Shown here: in pieces, positions 26,859-37,094 of the stretch
Numbering within the stretch: the stretch's first letter is position 1
How the letters are laid out: every line of letters begins with the position of its first letter
Assembly: GCA_965227305.1 (NCBI GenBank)
Contig: OZ245740.1
Coordinates: 9,302,512 to 9,366,511, forward strand
DNA from: Limisphaerales bacterium
GTDB lineage: Bacteria > Verrucomicrobiota > Verrucomicrobiia > Limisphaerales > AAA164-E04
Direction of reading: 5' to 3'
Length of the DNA: 64,000 bases
Made by a program: the position numbers and the translations under genes
The notes under the pieces: model-generated
Databases searched by the model: none
Told to the model about the DNA's origin: nothing
The model's input: only the letters and a program-made list of their open reading frames with translations

Positions 26859-29297
26859 ATGAATGATCTGAAGCTCGCTTTGCGTCGCATCTCAAAAAAG
26901 CCCTCGTTTGCCTTCTCCGTGGTGTTGACCCTAGGGATTGGTATTGGCGCAGTTACGGGGCTGTTGAGCGTGCTTCAGGGTGCCCTTTGGACTCTTCCAC
27001 CGTTTGAAAATCCGGAACGGATCGTCGTGATTTCGAAGCGGCGATTGGATGGGCAGACGTACCGGAACGGTATTGCGGGCTACGAATGGCGGGAATGGCA
27101 GACGGCATCGGGGCTATTCTCGGAAATGGCGGTGTACGACTGGACTTTCGATTTTTTGAGGTTCCCTGATGGGAGTGAGGCTGTGAAAGGGATGCGGGTC
27201 ACCCCGGCCTATTTTAGACTGACCGGACGGCAGCCCGTGCTCGGCCGCTCCTTCTTGCCGGCGGATGAAGACGCTTCGGTTGTCCTCATTGGGGACGGGC
27301 TCTGGGAGCGGCATTTCGGCCGAGATCCCGATATCATCGGTCGAAAGATAAGCTTCGCTCGCCGTGAGCCTCCCTTGACGATCGTGGGCGTGATGCCGGA
27401 AGAGATTCGTTTTCTCCCGGTGGCTTCCGCAATTGGGGAACCCAACTACGATGTCAACGATTGGGTGGATTTTTGGCTTCCGGCTCCCGTGGGACAGCCC
27501 TATCCGGACGACGGTCACTGGAGCGTCGCGGCGCGACTTTCACAAGGGCGTTCTGCGGCGAGTGTGGAGCGAGACTTAATGGCTGTCTCAGAGCGTCTGG
27601 TGCCGGAACGTTCTGAACTTGAGGGCGTAAGGCCTGATGTCCGTTTGCTGACGGATGTACTCAATGAGGCCGGGCGGGAATTCCTGCTACCGATACTTGG
27701 TGCTGCGATCCTGGTATTCTTGATCGCTTGCCTCAATGCTTCTGGGCTGATCCTCGCTCGGGGCCTTCATCGGCAAAAGGAGTTTTGTGTTCGAATGGCC
27801 CTCGGTGCGCGACGCGGGACGCTGTTGGGGGAGGTTCTATCCGAAGCTTTGGTGCTGGCGGCCCTGGCGGGTGGGGTTGGAGTGATTCTCGCTTGGGTTG
27901 CGGTGCGTGGGATAAGGGCGGTTGGCGTCGGGGTGATTCCGCGGCTTGATGCGGTTCAATTGAACTGGGATGTGTTTCTGTGGGGCTGCGGTGCGGCGTT
28001 GCTTGCGGGCTTCCTGGCTTCGCTGGTTCCAATGTTGTGGGCGTTTCGTCTCGATCCCAACTCAAGTCTCAAGGCCAGCGGCGCGAGTGCCGTCGTTGGT
28101 CCTATGGAGCGGCAGTTGCTGAGAGGGGTCGTGGCCCTGCAGATTGCCCTGACGATTGCGTTAATGACTGGGGCGGGCCTGCTGGTTGAGACCATGCGAG
28201 CTTTGGCTGCCGTTCGGCCCGGCTATGTCACGGAGAACATCCTGACAATGAACGTCACAGATGTGCGGCGGGAACAGTTTTTCGCGTTTCACGAACAGGC
28301 CCTTGCCAGATTCTCCGGTCTACCCGGAGTCCGAAGCGCGGCCTTTGTTTGGGGGTTACCATTGACGGGAAACCGTTGGTTGACGAACGCGCGCATTGAG
28401 GGACGGTCCAACGACGGCACCTTGGGGGATATGGTCTCGCTGCCGACCCGGGCAGTGACGCCGGGATACTTTGAGCTGATGGGGCAGAGCATCCGATCTG
28501 GACGAGGGTTTCCGAATGAGGTTTCGAGAGATACGAATCGAATCGTCTACCCGCGTGTTGCCGTGATCAATGAGGCGATGGCGGAACGCTTATTTGGGGC
28601 AGCCAATCCAATCGGAAGCAAGCTCATCCTTACGGACGACGAGCGCCAGCCGCCGGTTGAGGTCATCGGTGTCGTGACGAACGCCCGAACGGACTCGCTG
28701 GATCGCGAGCCGGAACCAGAGATTTATTTTTCTCTTTGGGAAGCGATCGCGTTTACCAAACACCTCTTGGTGAAAACGGTCGCTGAGCCTCGTCAACTCA
28801 TCCAAGTGGTGGAGCAAGAACTGCGAGCCATTGAACCCACCCTGGCGATCAGTGACGCCAAGGCCCTTTCCGAGATTCGGAACGAATCTGTTGCAATCCC
28901 CGAGTTTGTTCTGCAGCTGCTGAGCGGTTTCTCGGCGATTGCCTGTAGCTTGGCTGCGGTTGGTTTGCATGGGATCCTCACGCTTTCCGTGAACTCAAGG
29001 CGGCTGGAAATCGCCATCCGAATGGCGATCGGAGCTCGCGCGAACCAGCTTGCAAAACTGGTTCTTCGAGACGCGCTGCTGCCGGTTGTGATTGGGCTTG
29101 TCCTGGGGTGGGGCGGGGCGATTGCCCTCGGTTACATTTTGAAGGGAGTTCTATTTGGTGTGACACCTATGGAGCCTGCAGTCTTGCTCGGGATTTCTTT
29201 GTTGTTCCTGTTGGTGGCCGTGATGGCCGTTGTTCTTCCGGCTCGACGTGCCGTGGCGATAGACTCGATGGGAGCGTTGCGTGCTGAGTCGCTTTGA
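26859..29297 (+). CDS. duplicated FtsX/MacB-type ABC permease (ADOP-like orphan permease)
   Basis: 812 aa. N-terminus MNDLKLALRRISKKPSFAFSVVLTLGIGIGAVTG. There are two FtsX-like 4-TM halves, each preceded by a large periplasmic loop, and no adjacent ATPase gene. Confidence 0.8.
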   Translation: MNDLKLALRRISKKPSFAFSVVLTLGIGIGAVTGLLSVLQGALWTLPPFENPERIVVISKRRLDGQTYRNGIAGYEWREWQTASGLFSEMAVYDWTFDFLRFPDGSEAVKGMRVTPAYFRLTGRQPVLGRSFLPADEDASVVLIGDGLWERHFGRDPDIIGRKISFARREPPLTIVGVMPEEIRFLPVASAIGEPNYDVNDWVDFWLPAPVGQPYPDDGHWSVAARLSQGRSAASVERDLMAVSERLVPERSELEGVRPDVRLLTDVLNEAGREFLLPILGAAILVFLIACLNASGLILARGLHRQKEFCVRMALGARRGTLLGEVLSEALVLAALAGGVGVILAWVAVRGIRAVGVGVIPRLDAVQLNWDVFLWGCGAALLAGFLASLVPMLWAFRLDPNSSLKASGASAVVGPMERQLLRGVVALQIALTIALMTGAGLLVETMRALAAVRPGYVTENILTMNVTDVRREQFFAFHEQALARFSGLPGVRSAAFVWGLPLTGNRWLTNARIEGRSNDGTLGDMVSLPTRAVTPGYFELMGQSIRSGRGFPNEVSRDTNRIVYPRVAVINEAMAERLFGAANPIGSKLILTDDERQPPVEVIGVVTNARTDSLDREPEPEIYFSLWEAIAFTKHLLVKTVAEPRQLIQVVEQELRAIEPTLAISDAKALSEIRNESVAIPEFVLQLLSGFSAIACSLAAVGLHGILTLSVNSRRLEIAIRMAIGARANQLAKLVLRDALLPVVIGLVLGWGGAIALGYILKGVLFGVTPMEPAVLLGISLLFLLVAVMAVVLPARRAVAIDSMGALRAESL

Positions 29298-29425
29298 GTT
29301 GGCAGCAATCCTCCGATGATTACCGGATCTTGGTATTGGTAGATTTGGGAGGACACGGCCCAGAATGTTGATTCGGTCGCCCTGGTGATTGATAATTGGT
29401 GCGTCGGTTCCGGATGGTGGCGAGC

Positions 29426-29603
29426 GTACCAGACCTTGTAAATAATCCCGTTGGCAATTCCATCGCGGTGAAAGCGACAGCTTCGCTCTCGCACTCCAAA
29501 AAGCGCTCGATTTGCGGACGAAATTTGGAGTGCGAGAGCGAAGCTGTCGCTTTCACACTTTCTTACATGCAGGTGGAAAAAGACTTTTTACACGGTCTGG
29601 TCC
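29426..29603. mobile_element. ~180-bp MITE-like hairpin element, copy 2 (inverted relative to copy 1)
   Basis: Termini GTACCAGAC (29426-29434) / GTCTGGTCC (29595-29603). The core arms are 29471-29500 / 29524-29553 with a 23-nt loop. Flanking REP halves are GGCGAGC (29419-29425) and the degenerate CCGTGAGTCGG (29604-29614). Confidence 0.7.
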
Positions 29604-29740
29604 CCGTGAGTCGGTGGCACGGTGGTGAACGGCTGACGAGAGCCGTCCGTTGCGCACCGACCACATTCGCCAATCACTTGGATAGACGGGGAGCGCCATG
29701 ATGCGCCGTGATCCGTTTCGGGTTGACGAATACACTCGTG

Positions 29741-29767
29741 CCGACGGCTCGCGGGTACGCTCGCCCC
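29741..29767. repeat. single REP-like element
   Basis: CCGACGGCTCGCGGGTACGCTCGCCCC lies ~45 bp past the lpdA stop. Confidence 0.65.
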
Positions 29768-29810
29768 CCCTTCCGGAGTCCCAAGATGGAGACGTGTTAG
29801 AGATGACGTT

Positions 29811-31229
29811 CTACCCTCGGCGGTAGTGGGTGGCGTGGCCGTAGAAGACGTCAGCGGCTTCCATCAAGGTTTCTGTTAGCGTCGGGTGGGGATGGATTGT
29901 TTTGGCGAGGTCGTAGGCGGTGGCGCCCATTTCAAGGGCGAGGATGGCTTCGCCGATGAGTTCGCCGGCTCCATTGCCCACAATGCCGACGCCGAGGAGT
30001 TGCTGGGTGTCGGGATCGAAAATCATTTTGGTTAATCCGTGGCGTTGGCCCACAGAGATGGCGCGGCCAGAGGCGGCCCAGGGGAACTTGGTGACTCGGT
30101 GTTGGATACCTTTTTCCTTCGCCGCAGTTTCCGTGAGTCCGCACCAAGCGATTTCCGGATCGGTGAACACGACCGCCGGAATGTGCGGGGCCAGTTTGGG
30201 TTCTTCAGCGTCATAGAAGGTGTCCACGGCTTGCCGTGCTTCGTAGTGCGCTTTGTGCGCCAGCATCGCGCCACCGATGCAATCGCCGATCGCAGCGATG
30301 TGACTTTCTCCCGTTGTGAGTTGCTCGTTAACTTGGATGAATCCGCGTCGATCGATTTCGATCGCCGTGTTTTCAAGACCGATGTCTTCGGTTCGCGGCG
30401 AGCGTCCGACCGAGATCAGGACGCGATCAAAGGTCTGGCTCATTTTCTCTTGGTCCGACCTGATGATCTCAGCCGCTATTTCCTGCCCGTGGGTGGCCAG
30501 GGAGTTCACTTTGGCTTCTAGATGGATGGCCTGGTAAAGCTCTTTGGCGATCTTGACCACGGGTGTAATGAGGTCGGGATCCACCCCAAGGAGGAGGCGG
30601 TTCTGAGTCTCTACGAGAGTAACTTCACTGCCGAGCCGAGCGTAGACGCTGCCCAATTCCATCCCGATGTAGCCCCCGCCCACTACGAGGAGGCGCTGGG
30701 GGATCTCTTCCAAGGCGAGCGCGCCACGGGAAGTCATCACGCGCGGGTTTCCGAGATCAAAGGCACGGGGTAAGGTGGCTCGAGAGCCGACCGCAATGAT
30801 CGCCCTTTGAAAGCGAACGAACTGTTGGCCTTCCGTCGTCTCCACCCGGAGTGTGTGACTGTCTTCGAAGTAACCGCGGCCCTTGATGACTTGCACCTTC
30901 CGTGCCGCAGCTAGGGAATCAATTCCCTTGGCGAGGGTTTGGATGGTTTGGTCTTTCCACTGGCGAAGCTTGCTGAGGTCGATCTCAGGTTTGCTAAAGT
31001 GGATGCCGAACTCATTGGCGGTCTCGGCTTGGTCTAGGAGGTGGGTGGCGTGGAGAAGGGCTTTGGAGGGGATGCATCCTCGATGGAGGCAGACGCCTCC
31101 GAGCTGTTCTTCCAACTCGACGATGAGCACATCCTTTCCGTGGTCCGCAGCGTAGAAGGCGGCGGCGTAACCGCCGGGGCCGCCGCCGAGGACGAGGAGT
31201 TCGGTTTCGTGATTGGGGGTAACCGTCAT
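29811..31229 (-). CDS. lpdA: dihydrolipoyl dehydrogenase (E3)
   Basis: The ATG at 31229 gives MTVTPNHETELLVLGGGPGGYAAAFYAADHG. Redox-active GGVCLHRGCIPSK. Its start overlaps the aceF stop (ATGA). The 5' extension to 31397 in the track is rejected. Confidence 0.9.
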   Translation of the reverse strand: MTVTPNHETELLVLGGGPGGYAAAFYAADHGKDVLIVELEEQLGGVCLHRGCIPSKALLHATHLLDQAETANEFGIHFSKPEIDLSKLRQWKDQTIQTLAKGIDSLAAARKVQVIKGRGYFEDSHTLRVETTEGQQFVRFQRAIIAVGSRATLPRAFDLGNPRVMTSRGALALEEIPQRLLVVGGGYIGMELGSVYARLGSEVTLVETQNRLLLGVDPDLITPVVKIAKELYQAIHLEAKVNSLATHGQEIAAEIIRSDQEKMSQTFDRVLISVGRSPRTEDIGLENTAIEIDRRGFIQVNEQLTTGESHIAAIGDCIGGAMLAHKAHYEARQAVDTFYDAEEPKLAPHIPAVVFTDPEIAWCGLTETAAKEKGIQHRVTKFPWAASGRAISVGQRHGLTKMIFDPDTQQLLGVGIVGNGAGELIGEAILALEMGATAYDLAKTIHPHPTLTETLMEAADVFYGHATHYRRG

Positions 31230-32530
31230 TGGCCTGGGTATCGCAATTCCGTTTCGGTGAACGCTGTGAGGGCTTTGATAAGGTCGAGGGTGAATCGAAC
31301 GGCCGTGCCGCCGTCGATGGTGCGGTGGTCGTAACTGAGGGTGAGCGGGAGCATGAGCCTGGGGACGATCTCTCCCTCCGCGATCGCTGGTTGCCATTGG
31401 CCTCGGCCGATTCCGAGGATCGCGGACTCAGGCCGATTGATCACCGGCGTGAAATGGCTGCCGCCGATCCCGCCCTGATTGCTGATGGTGAAGGTGCCTC
31501 CGGTCATGGCTTCCTTACCGAGCTTGCGAGAACGTGCCTGGTTGGCTAGTTCCGGAATCTTGCCCGCGATTTGTGGCAAAGACAGGGAATCGGCGTTGGA
31601 GATGACGGGAACCATGAGGCCGTGCTCCGTATCTGTTGCGATGCCGATGTGAAAGTAGTCTTTGAAGACGATCTCTTGCGTCGTCTCGTCAATACTAGCG
31701 TTGAAGATGGGGTGCGCTTGTAAGGCTGCAACGCAAGCCTTCACGGCTAACACGGTGAGGGTGAGCGGTGTGCCGGCTTCTTTCCATGCGGGTGCGTTGG
31801 CTTTTCGGGCCGCTTCGAGTTCGGTGATGTCGATCGTTTCGAATTGCGTGACATGGGGTTGCAAATTCTTGCTGTCGACCATGTGCCGACTGATTGCTTT
31901 CCGGATCTCGGAAAGGCGTTCGCGGCGTATCGGACCCCACTTTTCAAATGGGATTGGGGCGGGCTTGGGGTGTTCTGTCGGCGTGGTCGCATCCGCCGTC
32001 GGTGCGGTGACTGCGCCCATCAGTCCGTGAATCCAGTTGCGAAGATCACTGAGCTCGACTCGACCTCCGGGAGAAATCGTAGGCACCAGGCGCAGGTCCA
32101 ACGCGAGTTGATGGGCGATCCGTTTGACGGTAGGGGATGCGGCTGGTTGTGGACCAGTGGGTTTCGAGACGGCGGCCACTGCAATGGGTCTCGGCGCCGT
32201 CGGGCGCGGGTTAGACGAGGCAACCTGTGCAGGCGCCGGGACCGGGTTTGTGGGCGGGGCAGATGGTTGGGGGGCAGTTGACTCTGGGGCCGATTGGCCC
32301 GTGCCGCTGTACTCTAGAATCGCTTGGCCAACCTTGACGGCGTCGCCCGGTTTCACGAGCAGATTCGCGATGGTCCCGTCTTGGGAAGCCGGGATGGGCA
32401 GAACGGCCTTCTCACTCTCGATTTCCAGGAGGGTTTGGCCGGCTGTGACGGTGTCGCCGGCTTGGACGAGAACCTCGACAACGGTTCCCGAGTCGATGCC
32501 TTCTCCCAGATTGTCGAGTCGTTCTTGCAT
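31226..32530 (-). CDS. aceF: dihydrolipoamide acetyltransferase (E2) of pyruvate dehydrogenase
   Basis: Lipoyl domain (LLEIESEKAVLPIPA), Pro/Ala linker, E3-binding domain (PTVKRIAHQLALDLRLV), and catalytic domain with LSYDHRTIDGG. Confidence 0.88.
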   Translation of the reverse strand: MQERLDNLGEGIDSGTVVEVLVQAGDTVTAGQTLLEIESEKAVLPIPASQDGTIANLLVKPGDAVKVGQAILEYSGTGQSAPESTAPQPSAPPTNPVPAPAQVASSNPRPTAPRPIAVAAVSKPTGPQPAASPTVKRIAHQLALDLRLVPTISPGGRVELSDLRNWIHGLMGAVTAPTADATTPTEHPKPAPIPFEKWGPIRRERLSEIRKAISRHMVDSKNLQPHVTQFETIDITELEAARKANAPAWKEAGTPLTLTVLAVKACVAALQAHPIFNASIDETTQEIVFKDYFHIGIATDTEHGLMVPVISNADSLSLPQIAGKIPELANQARSRKLGKEAMTGGTFTISNQGGIGGSHFTPVINRPESAILGIGRGQWQPAIAEGEIVPRLMLPLTLSYDHRTIDGGTAVRFTLDLIKALTAFTETELRYPGQ

Positions 32531-32549
32531 GGTTTCGATCGGCGTCGGT

Positions 32550-35258
32550 TTAGACGAGTATGGCGGCTACTTTTTCGGGGTCCACGTCGAGTGATTGGAT
32601 CGCTTCTTGGACGATCTTGAGTTCGATTTGTTTTCGTTGGGCTAGTTGGTAAAGCACGGCAATGGCGGTGCACTCGGCGTCCACTTCGAAAAAGCGCCTG
32701 AGGGCCGAGCGCGAGTCGCTACGGCCGAAGCCGTCGGTGCCCAATGAGTAAAGGCCGCCCGGCACCCAAGGCGCGATTTGGTCTGGCAGCGTGGACACAT
32801 TATCGGAGACCGCGATGAACGGACCTTCCTCGTCGGCGAGGAGGGTTTCCAGGTACGAGCGGCGTGGTGTTTCTAGCGGGTGCAGGGTATTCCATCGCCG
32901 TGCCTCGCGAGCTTCACTCCGGAGGCGTTTGTAACTGGTCGCACTCCAGACATCGGCGCTGACACCGAAGCCCTCGAGGAGTTCCTGGGCTTCCAGTCCC
33001 GAGCGGATAATCGGGCCGCTACCGAGGATGTGCGCCTTGATGGGAGCTTCCGGGTTTCCAGCTTGGTAGCGGTAGAGACCGTTGAGCACGCCTTCGTCCA
33101 CGCCCTCTGGCATCGGTGGTTGTGGGTAGGCGTCGTTGTAGAGGCTGAGGTAGTAGAGCAGGTTTTCGTTTTTCTGATACATCCGCTCAATGCCGTCTTG
33201 GACGATGAGGGCAACCTCGTAGGCGAAGGCCGGATCGTAGGCCATGAGGCTCGGGAAGGCGCTTGCGTTGAGCAGACTGTGACCGTCTTGGTGTTGCAAG
33301 CCTTCGCCGTTCAGAGACGTGCGGCCGGAGGTGGCGCCGCAAAGGAAGCCTTTGGCGCGCATGTCGCAGGCCAGCCAGATCAAGTCGCCGACGCGTTGGA
33401 AGCCGAACATGGAGTAGTAGACGTAGAAGGGAACCATCGGGGTTCCCAATGAGGAGTAGGAGGTGGCGGCGGCGATGAATGAGGACATGGCCCCGGCTTC
33501 GGTGATGCCTTCTTCGAGGATTTGCCCGTTCTTGGATTCCTTGTAGTAGCTGATGGAGCTGCTATCGACGGGTTCGTAAAGTTGGCCTTTGCTGGAGTAG
33601 ATTCCGATTTCGCGGAACAGCCCGTCCATGCCGAAGGTGCGGGCTTCATCGGGAATGATGGGGACGATTTGTTTGCCGACGGCTGGGTCACGGAGGAGGG
33701 TGCTGAGCAGGCGCACAAAGCCCTGGGTGGTGGAAGCAGGGGATCCATTGGAGCCTTTGGTCACGCTGGCGAACTTTTCAAACGCGGGCGTGTCCACCGG
33801 CATGGTGATGGTTTCACGGTTGGGCAGGAAGCCGCCGAGGTCTTGGCGTCGTTTGAGGAGGTATTGAATCTCGGGGCTGTCGTCGTCGGGGCGATAGAAC
33901 GGTGTTTCGGCGATTTCTTCGTCGGTGATCGGAACGTTGAAACGTTTCCTGAAGTGCCGGAGTTCGCGTTCGTTCAGTTTCTTTTGTTGGTGAGAAATGT
34001 TACGTCCTTCGCCCGCTTCCCCGAGGCCGTAGCCCTTAATCGTCTTTGCCAGGATCACGGTGGGGCGGTTGGTTTCCTGGTGGGCGCGGTGGTAGGCGGC
34101 ATAGACTTTGTGCACGTCATGACCGCCCCGGAGGAGTCGGCGCAAGGCATCGTCGGTCAGATGGTTGACCATGGCCTTGAGGTCGGGGTGGGTCCCGAAG
34201 AAGTGTTTGCGAATGTAACTACCGGGTTCGACGGTGTATTTTTGGAATTCGCCGTCGACAGTCTCCTCCATGCGTTGGCGCAAGAGGCCTTGATGGTCTT
34301 TAGCGAGCAGCTCGTCCCAGTCCGATCCCCAGATCACCTTGATCACATTCCAGCCAGCGCCGCGAAAGGCCCCTTCGAGTTCTTGGATGATCTTGCCGTT
34401 GCCGCGGACGGGGCCGTCGAGGCGTTGGAGGTTACAATTCACGACCCAGACGAGGTTGTTGAGACGTTCGCGACTCGCCAGGGTGAGGGCCCCGAGGGTT
34501 TCCGGCTCGTCGGATTCCCCGTCGCCGACGAAACACCAGACCTTGGGCTCTTGTTTCCCGTCCATTAGCCCGCGATCGATCAAGTAGCGGTTGAAGCGGG
34601 CTTGGTAGATGGACATGATCGGGCCCAGACCCATCGATACCGTGGGGAACTGCCAGAAACTTGGCATCAGGTACGGATGGGGGTAGGAACTGAGCCCTCC
34701 GTCCGGGTGTAATTCGCGGCGGAAATTCCGCAGCTGTTTTTCCGAGAGCCGACCTTCGAGAAAGGCGCGAGCGTAGGTGCCGGGCGAGGCGTGCCCTTGG
34801 ATATAGACCTGGTCGGCCGGGCGATCGCCGTTGCTTCCTCGGAAGAAGTGATTGAAGCCCACTTCGTACAAGGTCGCGCTAGAGGCGAAGGTTGAGATGT
34901 GCCCGCCAATCCCTCCTTCCGAGCGATTGGCGTTGACGACCATAGCCATGGCATTCCAGCGCACGAGGCTCTTGATGCGATGCTCCAACTCACGATTGCC
35001 CGGGAACGCCACTTGTTCCGCGGGCGTGATCGTGTTGACGTAGGGAGTGGAGATCGGGGTGGTCTGTGGGTGGCCTTCCTCACCGGCGCGTTGCATCACG
35101 TCCTGCAAGAAGCCGGCTCGCAGCGGTTGCGGGACGGACTGCAGACAGGTGCCGAGAACGGTGGAAAGCGACTCTTGCAGTGGGCGATCCGGGTTTTCAT
35201 CGGGCAAGGGCCGGATGGGGAGAGCCGGGGGAGCGTCGAGTCTGCGATCTGAGTTCAT
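32550..35258 (-). CDS. aceE: pyruvate dehydrogenase E1 component, homodimeric type
   Basis: 902 aa. Typical AceE blocks: GGHISTFASSATLYEVGFNHFFRG, GDGESDEPE, HQDGHS. Confidence 0.9.
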   Translation of the reverse strand: MNSDRRLDAPPALPIRPLPDENPDRPLQESLSTVLGTCLQSVPQPLRAGFLQDVMQRAGEEGHPQTTPISTPYVNTITPAEQVAFPGNRELEHRIKSLVRWNAMAMVVNANRSEGGIGGHISTFASSATLYEVGFNHFFRGSNGDRPADQVYIQGHASPGTYARAFLEGRLSEKQLRNFRRELHPDGGLSSYPHPYLMPSFWQFPTVSMGLGPIMSIYQARFNRYLIDRGLMDGKQEPKVWCFVGDGESDEPETLGALTLASRERLNNLVWVVNCNLQRLDGPVRGNGKIIQELEGAFRGAGWNVIKVIWGSDWDELLAKDHQGLLRQRMEETVDGEFQKYTVEPGSYIRKHFFGTHPDLKAMVNHLTDDALRRLLRGGHDVHKVYAAYHRAHQETNRPTVILAKTIKGYGLGEAGEGRNISHQQKKLNERELRHFRKRFNVPITDEEIAETPFYRPDDDSPEIQYLLKRRQDLGGFLPNRETITMPVDTPAFEKFASVTKGSNGSPASTTQGFVRLLSTLLRDPAVGKQIVPIIPDEARTFGMDGLFREIGIYSSKGQLYEPVDSSSISYYKESKNGQILEEGITEAGAMSSFIAAATSYSSLGTPMVPFYVYYSMFGFQRVGDLIWLACDMRAKGFLCGATSGRTSLNGEGLQHQDGHSLLNASAFPSLMAYDPAFAYEVALIVQDGIERMYQKNENLLYYLSLYNDAYPQPPMPEGVDEGVLNGLYRYQAGNPEAPIKAHILGSGPIIRSGLEAQELLEGFGVSADVWSATSYKRLRSEAREARRWNTLHPLETPRRSYLETLLADEEGPFIAVSDNVSTLPDQIAPWVPGGLYSLGTDGFGRSDSRSALRRFFEVDAECTAIAVLYQLAQRKQIELKIVQEAIQSLDVDPEKVAAILV

Positions 35259-35264
35259 TTTGGC

Positions 35265-37094
35265 CTAGGCGGGTTGGAGGCTGGCGTCGGATTTGGCTTT
35301 TGTGCGGGGTTTGAACAGGTCTCGGGTCTGCGGGGCGGATTTCAAGTGATTGGTCAGGGCCGGCATGCCCATGCGTCGATGGAAGGTGCCCATGTCTTCC
35401 TGATCGGTCTTGGATTCTTGGTAGAACTTGAAAAGTGTTTCCACGACGTCCGCGATGCGGTCTTTGGTCACCATCTTCAGCACGGGTGTGCCATCCTCAT
35501 CCACGAGAGGCTGGCCTTGATGGCGGGCATCCTCGCTGCCGAAGAGCCGGAGTTGATAGCGGTTGCGGCCGCTGCCCACCCATCCGATGGTTTTGGTGGC
35601 GGGACGAGAGCACTGGCGTTCGCAGCCGCTGACGCCGAGAGATTCCGTCATGTCCCCCCAACCCCGACGGTCCAACTCATCGATCAACTCGGGGAGGAAC
35701 CGTTCTGAATCCGTGTAAGACAAGCGGCAGGTCGGTAAACCGACGCAGGCAATGGAATGGCGTCGGAGCTTCGAGTAGGGGGCTCCTTGACGCGTACCAT
35801 ATCCGTATTTTTCCAAGTCCGCTGAAAAGGCGGCGCGCTGATCTTCAGCAAGATTGGTGAACAGGAGATCTTGATTGGGCGTAATCAGGATCTCGGCGTC
35901 GTAGCGGTTGACGAGTTCCTGAACCATTTGCTTAAGGGCAAGAGATTCATCGTCGCGAAGACGGCCGTTTTCGACGAAGAGCCCATAAGTCCACTGGTGA
36001 TCGGATTCTTGGAGTGTCCAGCCGTGGTGCAGATTACGGGCGCCGGGGTCGTGGTGAGGATCCGGCAATTCAAAGCGATTGCCGATTCGTTCACGAACTC
36101 GATCTTGGAACCAGGCAATGCCCTGAGTTTTGATCACGAATTTGAGACGCGCCCAGATTCGATTCTGACGGTCGCCCCATTCCTGGTGCACGCCGACGAT
36201 CGCATCCAGCCCGGCTTTGAGATCATCTGGTGAGAAGATACCGAACGGTTCTCCTAGGGTGCTGAGAGACGGTTTGCCGTTCTTTTCGCCCTGGCCGCCG
36301 CCTACATAGACTTGGAATCCCGAGACTCGGTCCGCTTCAATGACAGGGGAAACCCCGATGTCGTTGGTTCGGCATTCGACACAGTTGTCTGGGATGAGGA
36401 GTCCGCTCTCGGGATCACGCGTCACGGCGGCGAAGGCGAGTTTGAACTTTCGGTTCAACAGGGCCGGGCCGTATTGAAAGCGATCCTCCGGTTGCCGGGG
36501 CGGTGCCTTGGGGTTGATCCCGAACACTTGTAGGTGGGGCCCGAGTGGGAGTTGGAAGTAGGCTCCAAATGCTTCGGCGTGGGCGTGGGCGTTATAGGCC
36601 AGGGAGTGCCGCGATAGCGGGCAGCCCATGACATTGCGCATGTTGTCGCCACAGCCGTTTAAGGCATAGAAACCGGTATCCGCGACTCGGCGCACGACTT
36701 CAGGGACGTCCGCTTTTTTGAGCCAGTGGAACTGGACGTTTTGGCGCGTTGTTAAGCGGAGCGACGGGCGCCCATCGGGATCAATGGTATACTGATCCGC
36801 GATCTGGTTCAGGATGCACCATTGATCTTTGTTAAGTGGACCGCCGCCCGGAATGGTCATCCGGAGCATGTACATCCAGTCCTTTTCTTTCCCCCGATGA
36901 TCGCGGTTGAATTCCAGATAGATTCCGTGGCTCTTGGCGAGTTGCTCGCACTCCCACTGAAGTCCTTGAAAGGCGGAATCTGCGAAGTCCTCGGTGAGCG
37001 AGCCGCCGTAGTCTCCCTGGGCGAGTTTGTTCTGCTCTTCCTTGGAAAAATCTTCGGGCGCCGTTTTGAGGTTGAGAGAGTAGGGATGCGTCAT
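35265..37094 (-). CDS. ferredoxin-dependent sulfite/nitrite reductase hemoprotein (siroheme/4Fe-4S)
   Basis: NirA/Sir-type duplicated fold. Cluster cysteines occur in ACVGLPTCRLSYTDS and VSGCERQCSRP. Its start overlaps the ferredoxin stop (ATGA), and its stop lies 6 nt before the aceE ATG. Sulfite versus nitrite specificity cannot be decided by eye. Confidence 0.8.
   Translation of the reverse strand: MTHPYSLNLKTAPEDFSKEEQNKLAQGDYGGSLTEDFADSAFQGLQWECEQLAKSHGIYLEFNRDHRGKEKDWMYMLRMTIPGGGPLNKDQWCILNQIADQYTIDPDGRPSLRLTTRQNVQFHWLKKADVPEVVRRVADTGFYALNGCGDNMRNVMGCPLSRHSLAYNAHAHAEAFGAYFQLPLGPHLQVFGINPKAPPRQPEDRFQYGPALLNRKFKLAFAAVTRDPESGLLIPDNCVECRTNDIGVSPVIEADRVSGFQVYVGGGQGEKNGKPSLSTLGEPFGIFSPDDLKAGLDAIVGVHQEWGDRQNRIWARLKFVIKTQGIAWFQDRVRERIGNRFELPDPHHDPGARNLHHGWTLQESDHQWTYGLFVENGRLRDDESLALKQMVQELVNRYDAEILITPNQDLLFTNLAEDQRAAFSADLEKYGYGTRQGAPYSKLRRHSIACVGLPTCRLSYTDSERFLPELIDELDRRGWGDMTESLGVSGCERQCSRPATKTIGWVGSGRNRYQLRLFGSEDARHQGQPLVDEDGTPVLKMVTKDRIADVVETLFKFYQESKTDQEDMGTFHRRMGMPALTNHLKSAPQTRDLFKPRTKAKSDASLQPA

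Noticed and set aside
29811-31397. 5' extensions offered by the ORF track. They affect lpdA (to 31397), ald (from 13773), sulfatase (from 16611), the TolC-like gene (to 43669), the HlyD-like gene (to 45045), the ECF sigma (from 52158), the PEP-CTERM gene (from 25026), the BlaI-like gene (to 7705) and paralog A (to 57480).
   Set aside because: Internal ATGs reproduce canonical N-termini or signal peptides. They also give ATGA-type coupling with the upstream gene. The extensions are Arg/Pro-rich and overlap neighbouring genes or repeats.
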